A stretch of 63,426 bases of DNA, the filler included, from Octopus bimaculoides (lineage: Eukaryota): assembly GCF_001194135.2 (NCBI RefSeq). It is 7 parts of 6 records of this genome, joined end to end, with 100 filler letters (N's around TTAATTAATTAA, not from the genome) between each part and the next. Parts side by side here need not be neighbours in the genome. Positions count along the whole stretch, not along the records: positions 1 to 20,682 come from NC_068981.1; positions 20,783 to 26,529 come from NC_068983.1; 5 more parts are not named here. The stretch is one strand, 5' to 3'. Positions 12,010-22,734 of this stretch are shown here, in pieces (position 1 is the stretch's first letter; every line of letters begins with the position of its first letter). The notes under the pieces were generated by a model. It was not told where the DNA came from. It did not search any database and saw nothing but the letters and a program-made list of their open reading frames with translations. The position numbers were made by a program, and so were the translations under genes.

Positions 12010-12300
12010 TGTTTTACATAGACAAACATGTTTCCGGTTACTGATACATGTCCTCTCCAAGAGTAATATTATAAATTTACACAAGTTAATATCCGGAAAA
12101 GAAAATAGGAATTTTGAAAGACCTTCGAGAGGCTTTAAACAAAGAATGGCTGTGGTGTAAGGATTGAAACGGTAACAATACCGATCTCGACGCTGCTAAC
12201 CAACCTCCTGCAATCGAATATATCTTTACCATAAACGATAAAAAAGCTATAATATTCTCAAATATGAGTGGCCTAGCACACCATCTTACAGACATAGTTT
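12010..12300 (-). mobile_element. Possible degenerate Penelope-like 3' end
   Basis: Remnant peptide QRRDRYCYRFNP resembles the GIY-YIG C-terminus, followed by gaaacatgtt. Weak. Confidence 0.3.
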
Positions 12301-13055
12301 GAAATTGTAATTAAGATCTAAACTTGATTGACAGTTACGATCTCATACATATACTATACATGTATACCTCATATATAGAATTGTATGTATGTATGACTGT
12401 ATTTATGTATGTCTGTATGTATGCATGTATGCATGTTTGTATATATGTATGCATATATATATATATATATATATATANNNNNNNNNNNNNNNNNNNNNNN
12501 NNNNNNNNNNNNNNNNNNNNNNNNNNNNNNNNNNNNNNNNNNNNNNNNNNNNNNNNNNNNNNNNNNNNNNNNNNNNNNNNNNNNNNNNNNNNNNNNNNNN
12601 NNNNNNNNNNNNNNNNNNNNNNNNNNNNNNNNNNNNNNNNNNNNNNNNNNNNNNNNNNNNNNNNNNNNNNNNNNNNNNNNNNNNNNNNNNNNNNNNNNNN
12701 NNNNNNNNNNNNNNNNNNNNNNNNNNNNNNNNNNNNNNNNNNNNNNNNNNNNNNNNNNNNNNNNNNNNNNNNNNNNNNNNNNNNNNNNNNNNNNNNNNNN
12801 NNNNNNNNNNNNNNNNNNNNNNNNNNNNNNNNNNNNNNNNNNNNNNNNNNNNNNNNNNNNNNNNNNNNNNNNNNNNNNNNNNNNNNNNNNNNNNNNNNNN
12901 NNNNNNNNNNNNNNNNNNNNNNNNNNNNNNNNNNNNNNNNNNNNNNNNNNNNNNNNNNNNNNNNNNNNNNNNNNNNNNNNNNNNNNNNNNNNNNNNNNNN
13001 NNNNNNNNNNNNNNNNNNNNNNNNNNNNNNNNNNNNNNNNNNNNNNNNNNNNNNN

Positions 13056-13086
<31 letters not shown>

Positions 13087-13782
13087 CAGAAGGAGCTAGA
13101 TGTGTTGCCGTCAGATTAAATGAATATAGAAGCAATATGATGGCAAAAACAGTCCTCAATACACTACCAACATATCAAAGACTAACATGGAGGCACATGG
13201 GCCGGCTTGACATGCACATTTTATTCAAGCACCCGAAGAACCTATCACTCAAACAAATACGGTAGTACGGCATCATAAATGAATGTACTAAATAGGAAAA
13301 ACAGGTAGGAGATAGTGACACCGCAATGCCCAAACAGTATATATGCATAAGTACATTTGGTTGTAGGGTATTATGTAGATACATTTATATATATATATAT
13401 ACATATACATATATAGATACATAGGTAGGTATACTTATATATGCATATATACATAAACATCTCTGTTTGTTTATTTCACCGTTTCGTTTTCCTGTCTTGT
13501 TTTCCGTCCGCCACTACCCTCCACGAAAACAATTTAATTTGTGTTCGTGGGAAGAACCATTTAGCGTTGCGTACTGCCTTAATTCTTCGAAACGCCGGGG
13601 TTTTAATGGTGGCCGCTGATGAAGGGGGTGTTTCTATGTGGCTTGCTTGTTTGTTGCACCTTGTTTACCATTTTGTCCATGTTCTTTTGCCACGTCATGT
13701 ATCCAGTTATGTATCTATATGTACATGTCGATGAACGTATATACATACATGTACATATATATGCATATACTCATATATTGTT

Positions 13783-13815
<33 letters not shown>

Positions 13816-13849
13816 ATGTATGCTTTCGGTGCGAAAGGCTTTTGTTATA

Positions 13850-14335
13850 CGGTGGCGTATCTTACAATCTTGTAAATAATAATAATCGTACTTTTATATA
13901 AGCTTAAAGCTCATGACGATAACCGTGCAATGACTAAGGGAAATAGTCTAATAACGGGGCATATACGCCCTCAACAGGAAAAAAGAAGGCTTTCCTATTC
14001 GCGTGAGACTCGAAACCACATCACTTTGTTAACGCGACTAAATGTGTTACCTTCACACCAGCGAATATACCTCCCTATTTCTGTCAAATTTAAAAACTAT
14101 CTTCGTTCGTATTTCTTTTATATAAACAAACATTCTATTTATGCTTTCGGTGCGAATGGTTTTTGTTATATGGCACCGTATTATACAGTCCTGTAAATAA
14201 TAATAATAATGGTGGCTTATATGCCCCGTTATTAGACTATTTTCTTTAGTTATTGCACGGTGATCGCCATATATTTAAGCTTATATAAAAATACCGTTAT
14301 TTTTATTTACAGGATTGTAAATTACGGCGCCGTAT
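13850..14335. mobile_element. MITE/foldback-like element with about 115-bp inverted arms enclosing a tRNA-like cloverleaf
   Basis: About 13852-13967 is the reverse complement of about 14218-14331 (tatataagcttaaa...ccgtgcaat.actaa.g.aaatagtctaataacggggcatata). Confidence 0.7.
13996..14067 (-). pseudogene. 72-nt tRNA-like cloverleaf, anticodon arm degenerate
   Basis: TATTCGC/GCGAATA acceptor stem (7/7), GTGT/ACAC D-stem, GTGGT-TTCGAGT-CTCAC T-arm with canonical spacing. The anticodon stem is mispaired. Confidence 0.55.
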
Positions 14336-14361
14336 TATAATTGTTTACAGGATTGTTAAAT

Positions 14362-14520
14362 GCATCGACTCCAGTGCGTAACTGGAACTAATTTTATCGA
14401 TACCGAAAGGATGAAAGGCAAAGTCGACTTCAACGGAATTTGAATTTAGAAGATAGCGACGTGCGAAATACCGCAAAGCATTTCGTCCAGAGTTCTAACG
14501 ATTCTTCTGGGTCACTGCCT
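14362..14520 (-). mobile_element. tRNA-derived SINE family D (further copies about 15290-15365, 15960-16375 in tandem, and 60890-61010)
   Basis: Shared cgaccccgaaaggatgaaaggcaaagtcgac...ggaatttgaactcagaacgtaa core. B-box gagttcaaattcc on the minus strand. Confidence 0.8.
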
Positions 14521-14574
14521 GAACAACAGCAAGAAGAAGAAGAAGAAGAAGAAGAAGAAGAACAACAACAACAA

Positions 14575-14880
14575 CAACACAAATATTAAAATAGGAGCAT
14601 TAAGTATGACAAAAAGCCTAAATACAGAAACAATTGCTATTATAAAATGCGCATTAGAACATTCAGACAAATACATAACAAAAACACAAGGATTTACAAT
14701 TATAAATAGCATAACGAAAATAACTAGCCGCCGCACACATCCTACGTAACACCCATTCAGTACAGGGAAAATACGAGCACCACTACAAACCACAGCACAT
14801 ACCTAAGGCAGACAGAGCTGCCATCTATAGTGAAGTGAAAGCGCGTCATAAAATTAAGGCTACTAAATAAAAATACTAAC
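14575..14880 (+). mobile_element. 5'-truncated R4/Dong-like (RLE) LINE 3' end between trinucleotide tracts
   Basis: Homologous to 61372-61587 (SDKYITKT..., gcacatacc.aaggc..acagagctgc...gtgaagtgaaagc). Confidence 0.65.
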
Positions 14881-14883
14881 AGC

Positions 14884-14910
14884 ACCACCACTACTACAAC
14901 AACAACAACA

Positions 14911-15002
<92 letters not shown>

Positions 15003-15018
15003 CACCACCACCACCACC

Positions 15019-15061
<43 letters not shown>

Positions 15062-15085
15062 ATAATAATAATAAAAATAATAATA
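14884..15085. repeat. Compound trinucleotide microsatellite (AAC)n(ACT)n(ACC)n(ACT)n(AAT)n
   Basis: Direct reading. It is the source of the poly-V and poly-S/G ORFs in the track. Confidence 0.95.
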
Positions 15086-15370
15086 ATTGTCACGTACATA
15101 TGGTTGTGATGCATTTGCCTGGTGTACCCTTATCACAAGGGTAGACATGATGGGTGTATTTGACTTCGCATATCTTACCCCAGTATCATTTCGATGGCAA
15201 GCACCTCTCTCTCAATCAAAAATAATAATAATCCTTTCTTCTATAGGCCCACAGCCTGGATTTTGTGGGGAGAGGGTCAGGCGATCGCACCGATCTTAGT
15301 ACTCAACTGGCACTTATCTTATCGACCCCGAAAGAATGAAAGACAAAACTGACATCGGCGGAATGAAAAT

Positions 15371-15403
<33 letters not shown>

Positions 15404-17149
15404 GGAAGTAAAGAGAACCTTGCCATAATGACCTACCCAAGAATCAAGTAAACACTAATATAAATAGATAGAAAATCACAAATGCAAAACAATTTGGTTA
15501 ATGTGAATATATTTTGTATAAATGTGTATGTGCATATTTACAAATACATAGTCTTTCTCTCGCACATACACACACACACCACGTCCATGCATATATGTTT
15601 TGACTGTATACTGAAAGTAATCTCTTTGTTTGAGTTCACGGACTGGACGCCTCGCTGTTTCCGTTAGGATGTTACTCCGTTTCAATTCGGACCAATCGGT
15701 TTGCCTTCCTGCAGATTTCGCATTCTGGACGTTTCGGGGGATAAATGTGGTTGGATCGAGAGAAAGTTTATATCTACTCAAGCGTACATAAGCACCTAAA
15801 ATATTAGCGAAGACTATCAGCTACGGTTTCGTATATACATATGCATGTGCAGAGATGTGCACTCTCTCCTACCTCCAACACATACACGCACATATTAATA
15901 TGATTTGGTTTTGATCATTTCACTAATATTATACGCTTGAAAAAGCATCTTTTGATGACCATTCTATTCTTTTCTACTCTAGTTACAAGGCCCGAAATTT
16001 TGAGGGAGGGGCGAGTGGATCAGATCGATTCCAGTAAGCAACTGGTACTTAATATATCGACCCCAAAAGAATGAAAAGCAAAGTCGACCTCGGCTGAATT
16101 TGAAATCAGAACGTAATGACAGACAAAATAAGCATTTTTCCCGCCGAACTAACGTTTCTTATTTCCCACAAGGGGCTAAACATAGAGGGGACAAACAAGG
16201 ACCGTCAAAGGGATTAACTTGATTACATCGACTCCAGTGTATTTAATTTATCAGTCCCGAAAGGATGAAATGCATAGACGACCTAGGCGGAATACGAACT
16301 CAGAACGTAACGGCAGACAAAATACCGCTAAGCATTTCGCACGGCGTGCTAACGTTTCTGCCAGCTCCCGCCTTATACTGACCATTATATTAATTGCATA
16401 TACTTTTAGTTTGAGTAGAATTTCAAGTTTTAAGAAATTCCATTAATGTGTTATGCAGATTATCCTAACTATGCCACTTATATACTTTATCTGGTTAATG
16501 TTCACTGGAGAACATGTAAAGTCTGTGAGACTATTAAACATTTTAAAACGCACAGCTCATTGGAGGAGACACATTATTTCGTTCCCTAGGAAAGTTCAGC
16601 ATAAAATTATTACATATTCACACAAATGTATGCAGTTACATAGGGTCGAATTTATGTATGCGGGTCTCAATGTACGTAAGTATGTATGTATTATGTATGT
16701 TTGTATGGACATATTTACGTGAGTTTGTGTGTGCTTGTGTGTATGCTTCATTTTGTCTTCGGTCCTCACTACCGCTTGACAACCTGTGCCCGAATACTGT
16801 TCATTAGAATAAGTACCAAGCTTAAAAAAACAGACTGGGGTTGATTCAATGGGCTAAAAATTGTTGAATGCGGTGTTACAGCATGGCCATATGTTTATGA
16901 CTGAAACTTCATTCAGTCATTTGACAGCGGCCAAACTGCAGCACCGCTTTGAGGGCTTTTTCTCAAACAAATCGAGCCCAGAACTTACTTACTAAGCCTA
17001 GTAACTATAGTAACCGTAACTTTTGCCGTACCGCTACTGTTGCGGGAACGTCAACACATCAAAACCGCATGCCGAGCGGTCATGCGGGAGACAAGCACAT
17101 ACGCAAAGACAAACAGATGCACACACACACACACACATGCACATAGACA

Positions 17150-17189
<40 letters not shown>

Positions 17190-17190
<1 letters not shown>

Positions 17191-18640
17191 TTTAGTTTCC
17201 GTCTACGAAATCCAATCACAAGGCTTTGGTCGCCTGGCGGCTATAGTAAAACACACTTGCCTGAGGTGACACGCAATCGGAATGTAGCTGAAACCATGTG
17301 GTTGGGAAGCAAGCTCCTTAGCACAAAGCCACGGAACACACAAAGATGGTTATATATATGTTGTACTGATCTGTTATAGGTGGGTTCATAAGAGATACTC
17401 CCTCCAGCGAGAGTGAAACATCGTTCAATATTGTCGTTGGCACTTCGTCGCTTACGACGTCGAGGGTTCCAGTTGATCCGATCAACGGAACAGCCTGCTC
17501 GTGAAATGAACGTGCAAGTGGCTGAGCATTCCACAGACATGTGTACCCTTAACGTAGTTCTCGGGGATATTCAGCGTGACACAGTGTGACAAGGCTGGCC
17601 CTTTGAATTACAGGCACAACAGAAACAGGAAGTAAGAGTGAGAGAAAGTTGTGGCGAAAGAGTACAGCAGGGTTCGCCACCATCCCCTGCCGGAGCCTCG
17701 TGGAGCTTTAGGTGTTTTCGCTCAATAAACACTCACAATGCCCGGTCTAGGAATCGAAACCGCGATCCTATGACCGCGAGTCCGCTGCCCTAACCACTGG
17801 GCCATTGCGCCTCCACATCTTTCAATATATATATACAAGAATTAAATGTGAGCTACTCTGACGTTGCATAATCGAACGAGCTTTTACTGCATCTTGTAAA
17901 TCATCATGCAAGCATTGGAGCGGAAACGCAATGTAGCTGTTATCTGAGAAATTGCAAGAGACAAGGAGAGAAACACAGAGACCGAAAGTTAAAAATAAAA
18001 CCAAAAATATGAAAAGGAAACAAGTGAAATGCATAGAAAGATGATAGATAAGAGTTGTGTCCCTTTGAATACGTAATATTGTTGGCTGAGGTGAATTCGA
18101 CAAATACACACACACATATTCGACAGGCTTCTTTTAGCTTCCGTCTACGAAATACACCCACAAGGCCCGAGACTATAGTAAAACACACTTGCCTGAGGTG
18201 ACACATATTCAGACTGTACCCAGAACCATGTGATTGCTAAGCAAGCTCCTTACTACAAAGCCACAATACACACAAAAATGGTTAAATATATGTTGTACTG
18301 ATCTGTTATAGGTGGGTTCATAAGAAATACTCCATCCAACGAGAGTGTAACATTGTTCTATATATATACAAGAATTAAAGGTGAGCTACTCTAAGTGCCA
18401 TACTTCTGACGTTGCGATAGTTGGAGCATTTATTGCGTCTTGTATATCATCATGTAAGCGTTGAAGGAGAAACGCAATGTAGCTGTTATCTGAGAAATAG
18501 CAAGAAACAAGGAGAGAAACATAGTATGGAGGTATGGAGAGTAAAAACAATAAAAACCAAAAAAATGAGAAAAGGAAATAAGTGAAAATGAATAGGATAA
18601 TAGACAAGAGTTGTGTCCCTTTGAATAGTTATTCTTGCTT
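17190..18640. repeat. Local tandem duplication of about 500 bp (copy A 17190-18110 interrupted by a SINE; copy B about 18125-18640)
   Basis: Both copies share gttgtactgatctgttataggtgggttcataag and gaaacgcaatgtagctgttatctgagaaat.gcaaga.acaaggagagaaaca. Confidence 0.9.
17432..17815 (-). mobile_element. Full-length tRNA-derived SINE family A with 8-bp target-site duplication
   Basis: A-box TGGCCCAGTGG and B-box GGTTTCGATTCC. TTCAATAT is present at 17424-17431 and 17821-17828, and copy B shows the empty site. Confidence 0.9.
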
Positions 18641-18904
18641 GGTGGGGTGAATTCAAATGTGAAAGTTTTGTGAGGCTCTATGAAAAATTATATAATTTCT
18701 AAAATGTACAGCTTATGGGACTAGCTACTCTATTTCGATCATGGTGAAAGTGGGTTTAAGTTTATCGGTATGCAATTAATTGAACATGGAAAAAAGTATG
18801 TTTTAAAGTTTAATACAATTTATTTATGCGCTATCAACATAGGCCCAATACTGTCCACGTCAGCCATTCTTCACATGCATAAGTTGAGGAAACTGTAACT
18901 CACA

Positions 18905-19290
18905 GAAGTTTTGGGGGTTGTCGGCTACGCTCACCATGGTTCAGGCGGCCCACGGAAACCTTGCCCGAGGTGTGACCACTGTTTCATGCAGATAGCTTTG
19001 TGGATCCATAAGCGGAGGCTGGGTGTAATGTGAGATCCAACGCGAGCGAACTACACAGAAGAGCATCGCATGTACCACCGTCAGAGCCACTACCCCATTC
19101 AGACAACCCTTCTGTCGAATTGCAGGTGCACAATGAAAACGCGATCGGTGCAACTTCTCGCCTTCAGTTTCATCGGACAACCAGTGCCCGATTTGCGGTA
19201 GTGCCTTCTGGGCACGCATCGGTCTAGCAGGCCAAGCCCGGAGTAACCGTGTTCCGTTTTCTCCAGCCATGTGATTTCCTTGCTTATGCA
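18905..19290 (+). mobile_element. RTE-clade LINE C-terminal fragment with two zinc-finger-like motifs
   Basis: KPCPRCDHCF...H and NQCPICGSAFWARIGLAG resemble the RTE C-terminal CPxCxxxFxxRIGLxGH motif. Confidence 0.55.
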
Positions 19291-19311
19291 TTTGATTTAT
19301 ACCACAGAGTT

Positions 19312-20290
19312 AGTGAGCTTACCTTCCATATAGAATTTGGTTTACGACATATTTACTTATTTTGTTTGCAGAAACAACTTGAGTTCTTGAACAAAACTTT
19401 TATTATGTTCTAGATGTGTTTCATAAGATTCTTTGATGCTTATTTATGCTTATAATTTTGCATGTTTTCAAATAACATCTGAAATTCTGAATTCATTAGT
19501 TAGTAGGTAATGTGTAAGTTATGGCGTTATTCTTTATCATACCGAGAGAAAATAACCTGTAAAATGTGGAATTTGAGATATTTCATAGGTTTTTAGCCCT
19601 CTTTAAGTATTGTTGCCGTAACACGTAAAGCAAAATGGAAACGATTTTCGTTTGTTTCTTCGATTCTTGTTTCTGTTCGTTCGTATCAGAATTGAATATA
19701 TACTGTGTCGTAATACCTTTAAATTTATTCCTAGATTAAATGAGATGTCTTTCATATGCCTGTTTCATATTCACAGAGTCAAATGTATAATGTTAAATCA
19801 AAAGTGCCCTTCCTTCCATTGTGGAGCAGGAAAACTGCTTCACTAAATTTAACTGCATACTTTTAGGGCTAAGTGAATTTATTCATGTTCAGCTGGCCAT
19901 GTAGTCAGTGAGTGGAGGTTTACAGTCTTTACTAAGACCAGAGAATGAAAATATGAACATAAGAAAGGAGACGTTATGTATTGAAATACACTTTTTATTG
20001 ATACTAAAATCCAATTCTTTATAATTTCTCCTTACCGACTCGCCTGTCAGTTCATGTGATTAATTACAACATAGTGTAATGTCAAATATCCGTGGATCCT
20101 GCCTTTCTCTATTTAAATCAATTTGTGTAAGGATGGGCAATGATATGAACGAAAACATGTAAGTATAGATAATTGCATAGTGAAATTGATACGTGAAGAA
20201 AGTTGTGAAACGGCTGTAATCCTACGAAAGTCAAGAGTAAAATATAATATATATTCAACAGTGAAGCCTCTTAACTTTATACATTTCTCT
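19312..20290. repeat. IL17 downstream block, copy 2
   Basis: Colinear with 2760-4270. Confidence 0.9.
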
Positions 20291-20399
20291 CTCTCTCTCT
20301 CTCTCTCGCTTTCTCTCTGTATGTATGTATGTATTTATGTATATATGTACATATGTATATATGTATATATATATATATATATATATGCATATATAGAGA

Positions 20400-20682
20400 T
20401 AGAAGGAAACGTAATACCACGAGCCTTAGCAAACTAATTTGGGATCTTAAAGATAATAACATTAAATTTAAACTAGACTGGCTTATTCTTTCTATTTCTA
20501 AGCCATATGAAAAGGGTGGAAAATTCTGTGATTTATGTGTAACAGAATTTCTTTTTATTTTATTTTCAAGGAATTGTCTAATTAATAATTTCATTGAACA
20601 TTCTTACAAATGCAAACATTGGCAAAAACATACATATTCTACATTCAAATAAAAATAAAAATAAAGGTTTTTATAAAACGCT
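20400..20682 (+). mobile_element. Penelope-like element, GIY-YIG endonuclease C-terminal fragment
   Basis: RNTTSLSKLIWDLKDNNIKFKLDWLILSISKPYEKGGKFCDLC...CKH matches the PLE T.LSK.IW.LK....W.I....PY.....C.LC...C.H pattern. Confidence 0.8.
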
Positions 20683-20782
20683 NNNNNNNNNNNNNNNNNN
20701 NNNNNNNNNNNNNNNNNNNNNNNNNNTTAATTAATTAANNNNNNNNNNNNNNNNNNNNNNNNNNNNNNNNNNNNNNNNNNNN
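20683..20782. other. Synthetic contig spacer 44N-TTAATTAATTAA-44N (also 26530-26629, 50868-50967, 57670-57769, 59943-60042, 62002-62101)
   Basis: Identical 100-bp structure six times. TTAATTAATTAA has stop codons in all six frames. Confidence 0.97.
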
Positions 20783-20864
20783 TAGACAAAGAACATGCTG
20801 TCTTCACTTCAGCTTAGAAGCTACTAAGGGATCAGGAAGAAAGACTTGTTAGAGGTCTAGCTTG

Positions 20865-20950
20865 TCACTGTTTTTTGGGAGTCAGTTTTAATTTATAGTC
20901 TTGTTTATCAAATCTTTGTATATCAAAATCTAAGGCCAAAGAACAAGGAG
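20865..20950 (-). CDS. Candidate terminal coding exon of an unidentified gene (PCSLALDFDIQRFDKQDYKLKLTPKKQ*)
   Basis: Strong acceptor ccccttttcattacag| at 20951, open in phase 1 to TGA at 20865-20867. No family recognised. Confidence 0.35.
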
Positions 20951-21410
20951 CTGTAATGAAAAGGGGCTCAGGGAGTTGACAGAAATCATAGTGGGTATAC
21001 TCATAAAACTATCAAGATTAAATTTGAAGCAATATAATGAGATTTGGTAAAGGAAGATCTTAAATCAAGATGTTAGCTGACAATTAAAGGGACAAGACTT
21101 TAGTAAACCAATGATGATGATGCAGGGGAAATTTTATCATGGGGTACTAGAGTTAAATATTTTAAACAATATTGCCATATTGTATAAAGTTAAAATTTAG
21201 GGTTATTCAGAAGATTATTAAGAAAAATATTATAAGAAAATGATAACATTTTTTTGAATACTTTTGAGTATATACCAAATTTTTACCACATTAGAGGGAG
21301 GAAAAGAAATTACATAGAAATAGTTTAATATTTATACATATTATATACTTAAATATTAACCTATTAGATGGTATCTATGAAGATTGATCATTGACATATA
21401 CATATGTTTA

Positions 21411-21454
<44 letters not shown>

Positions 21455-21979
21455 AACATACATATGTACACATATACATACATTCATGTGTACATTCACA
21501 TACATACATACATACATACATTCTGCTTTATTTTTAAGGACATATTTTTACAGGAAGTAAAGAAAGAAAAAAACCATTAAAAGTATAAAAGATCAAAATA
21601 TCAAAGTGGGGAAAAAAACCCATAACTATTTTACTCAGGATACAAAGTAAAAGACAAAAAGGGGATAGATTAAGAAGCAGCAGCAGATGGTATTGTATTT
21701 ATTGTCCCTGAAAGAAAGAAAGCAAAGCTGACCACAGCAAGATTTAACTCAGAATGCACAGAGATAATAAAATTGAAACAAGATTGAAATTTATAAATAA
21801 AGAGGAAAGAAAGGCATTCTATTTGATGAACTTACACTTCAGCCACACACACACGCACGTTTATGTATGTACTGGAGCCAGTTTCCATACATACATAAAC
21901 GTGTGTGTGTGTGGTTGTATGTATGTATGTATGTATGTATGCAGATTTATATGTTTTGCTTTATGTATGTATTCTCATG

Positions 21980-22370
21980 CATCATCATCATCATCGTCGT
22001 CGTCATTTAACATCCGCTTTCCATGCTGACATGGGTTGGATGGGTTGACTGAGGGCTGGCAAGCCAGAGAGCTACACCAGGCTCCATTCCAATCTGGTGA
22101 AGTTTCTACAGCTGGATGCCCTTCCTAATTCCAACCACTCCGAGAGTGTAGTAGGTGCATTTTATGTGCCACCGGCACAAGGGCCAGTAAGGTAGTACTG
22201 GCATCAGCCACACTTTGATGGTGCTTTTTATGTGCCACCAGCATGGGAGCCAGACAGCCGGCACTGGCATCAACCATGCTCAAATGGTGCTTTTTACGTG
22301 CCACTGGCATGGGAACCAGTCAGGCTGCACTGGCATTGATCACACTCAAATGGTGCTTTTCACATACATA
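21980..22370 (-). mobile_element. RTE-like LINE 3' end with (GAT)n tail and about 60-bp internal tandem units (other short copies about 28850-29100, 30040-30410, 31748-32005, 46985-47300)
   Basis: Shared catcatc..tttaacgtccgctttccatgctg.catgggttgga...tttctacagctggatgcccttcctaa.gccaaccac. The same sequence caps the long RT-bearing copy at 22735. Confidence 0.8.
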
Positions 22371-22734
22371 TAGTTACATATCTGTATGTATATATGTATG
22401 CAACAGGAATAGGCAGGACAAGAGGAGATAGAAAGTTAGTGAAAAGCTCACAGAATGTGTGACAAAAGAACTTTGATAGACAAAATAAAGATAATAATAA
22501 AGTTAAAGTGAAGATCAAATAAATAGTGCATCGGTTTAATTGGCAAAAGATGACCATCCCCAATTATAACAATATATATATANNNNNNNNNNNNNNNNNN
22601 NNNNNNNNNNNNNNNNNNNNNNNNNNNNNNNNNNNNNNNNNNNNNNNNNNNNNNNNNNNNNNNNNNNNNNNNNNNNNNNNNNNNNNNNNNNNNNNNNNNN
22701 NNNNNNNNNNNNNNNNNNNNNNNNTATATATATC

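Noticed and set aside
17850-18520. Minus-strand acceptor tttctcag| with peptide DNSYIAF.LQ.LHDD.QDA in both duplicate copies
   Set aside because: No conserved donor or common stop in that frame, and the substitution pattern does not single out one frame. The plus-strand exon reading has both splice sites.
20727-20738. TTAATTAATTAA as a conserved biological motif or PacI site
   Set aside because: It is always centred in 44N/44N padding, so it is a synthetic linker.
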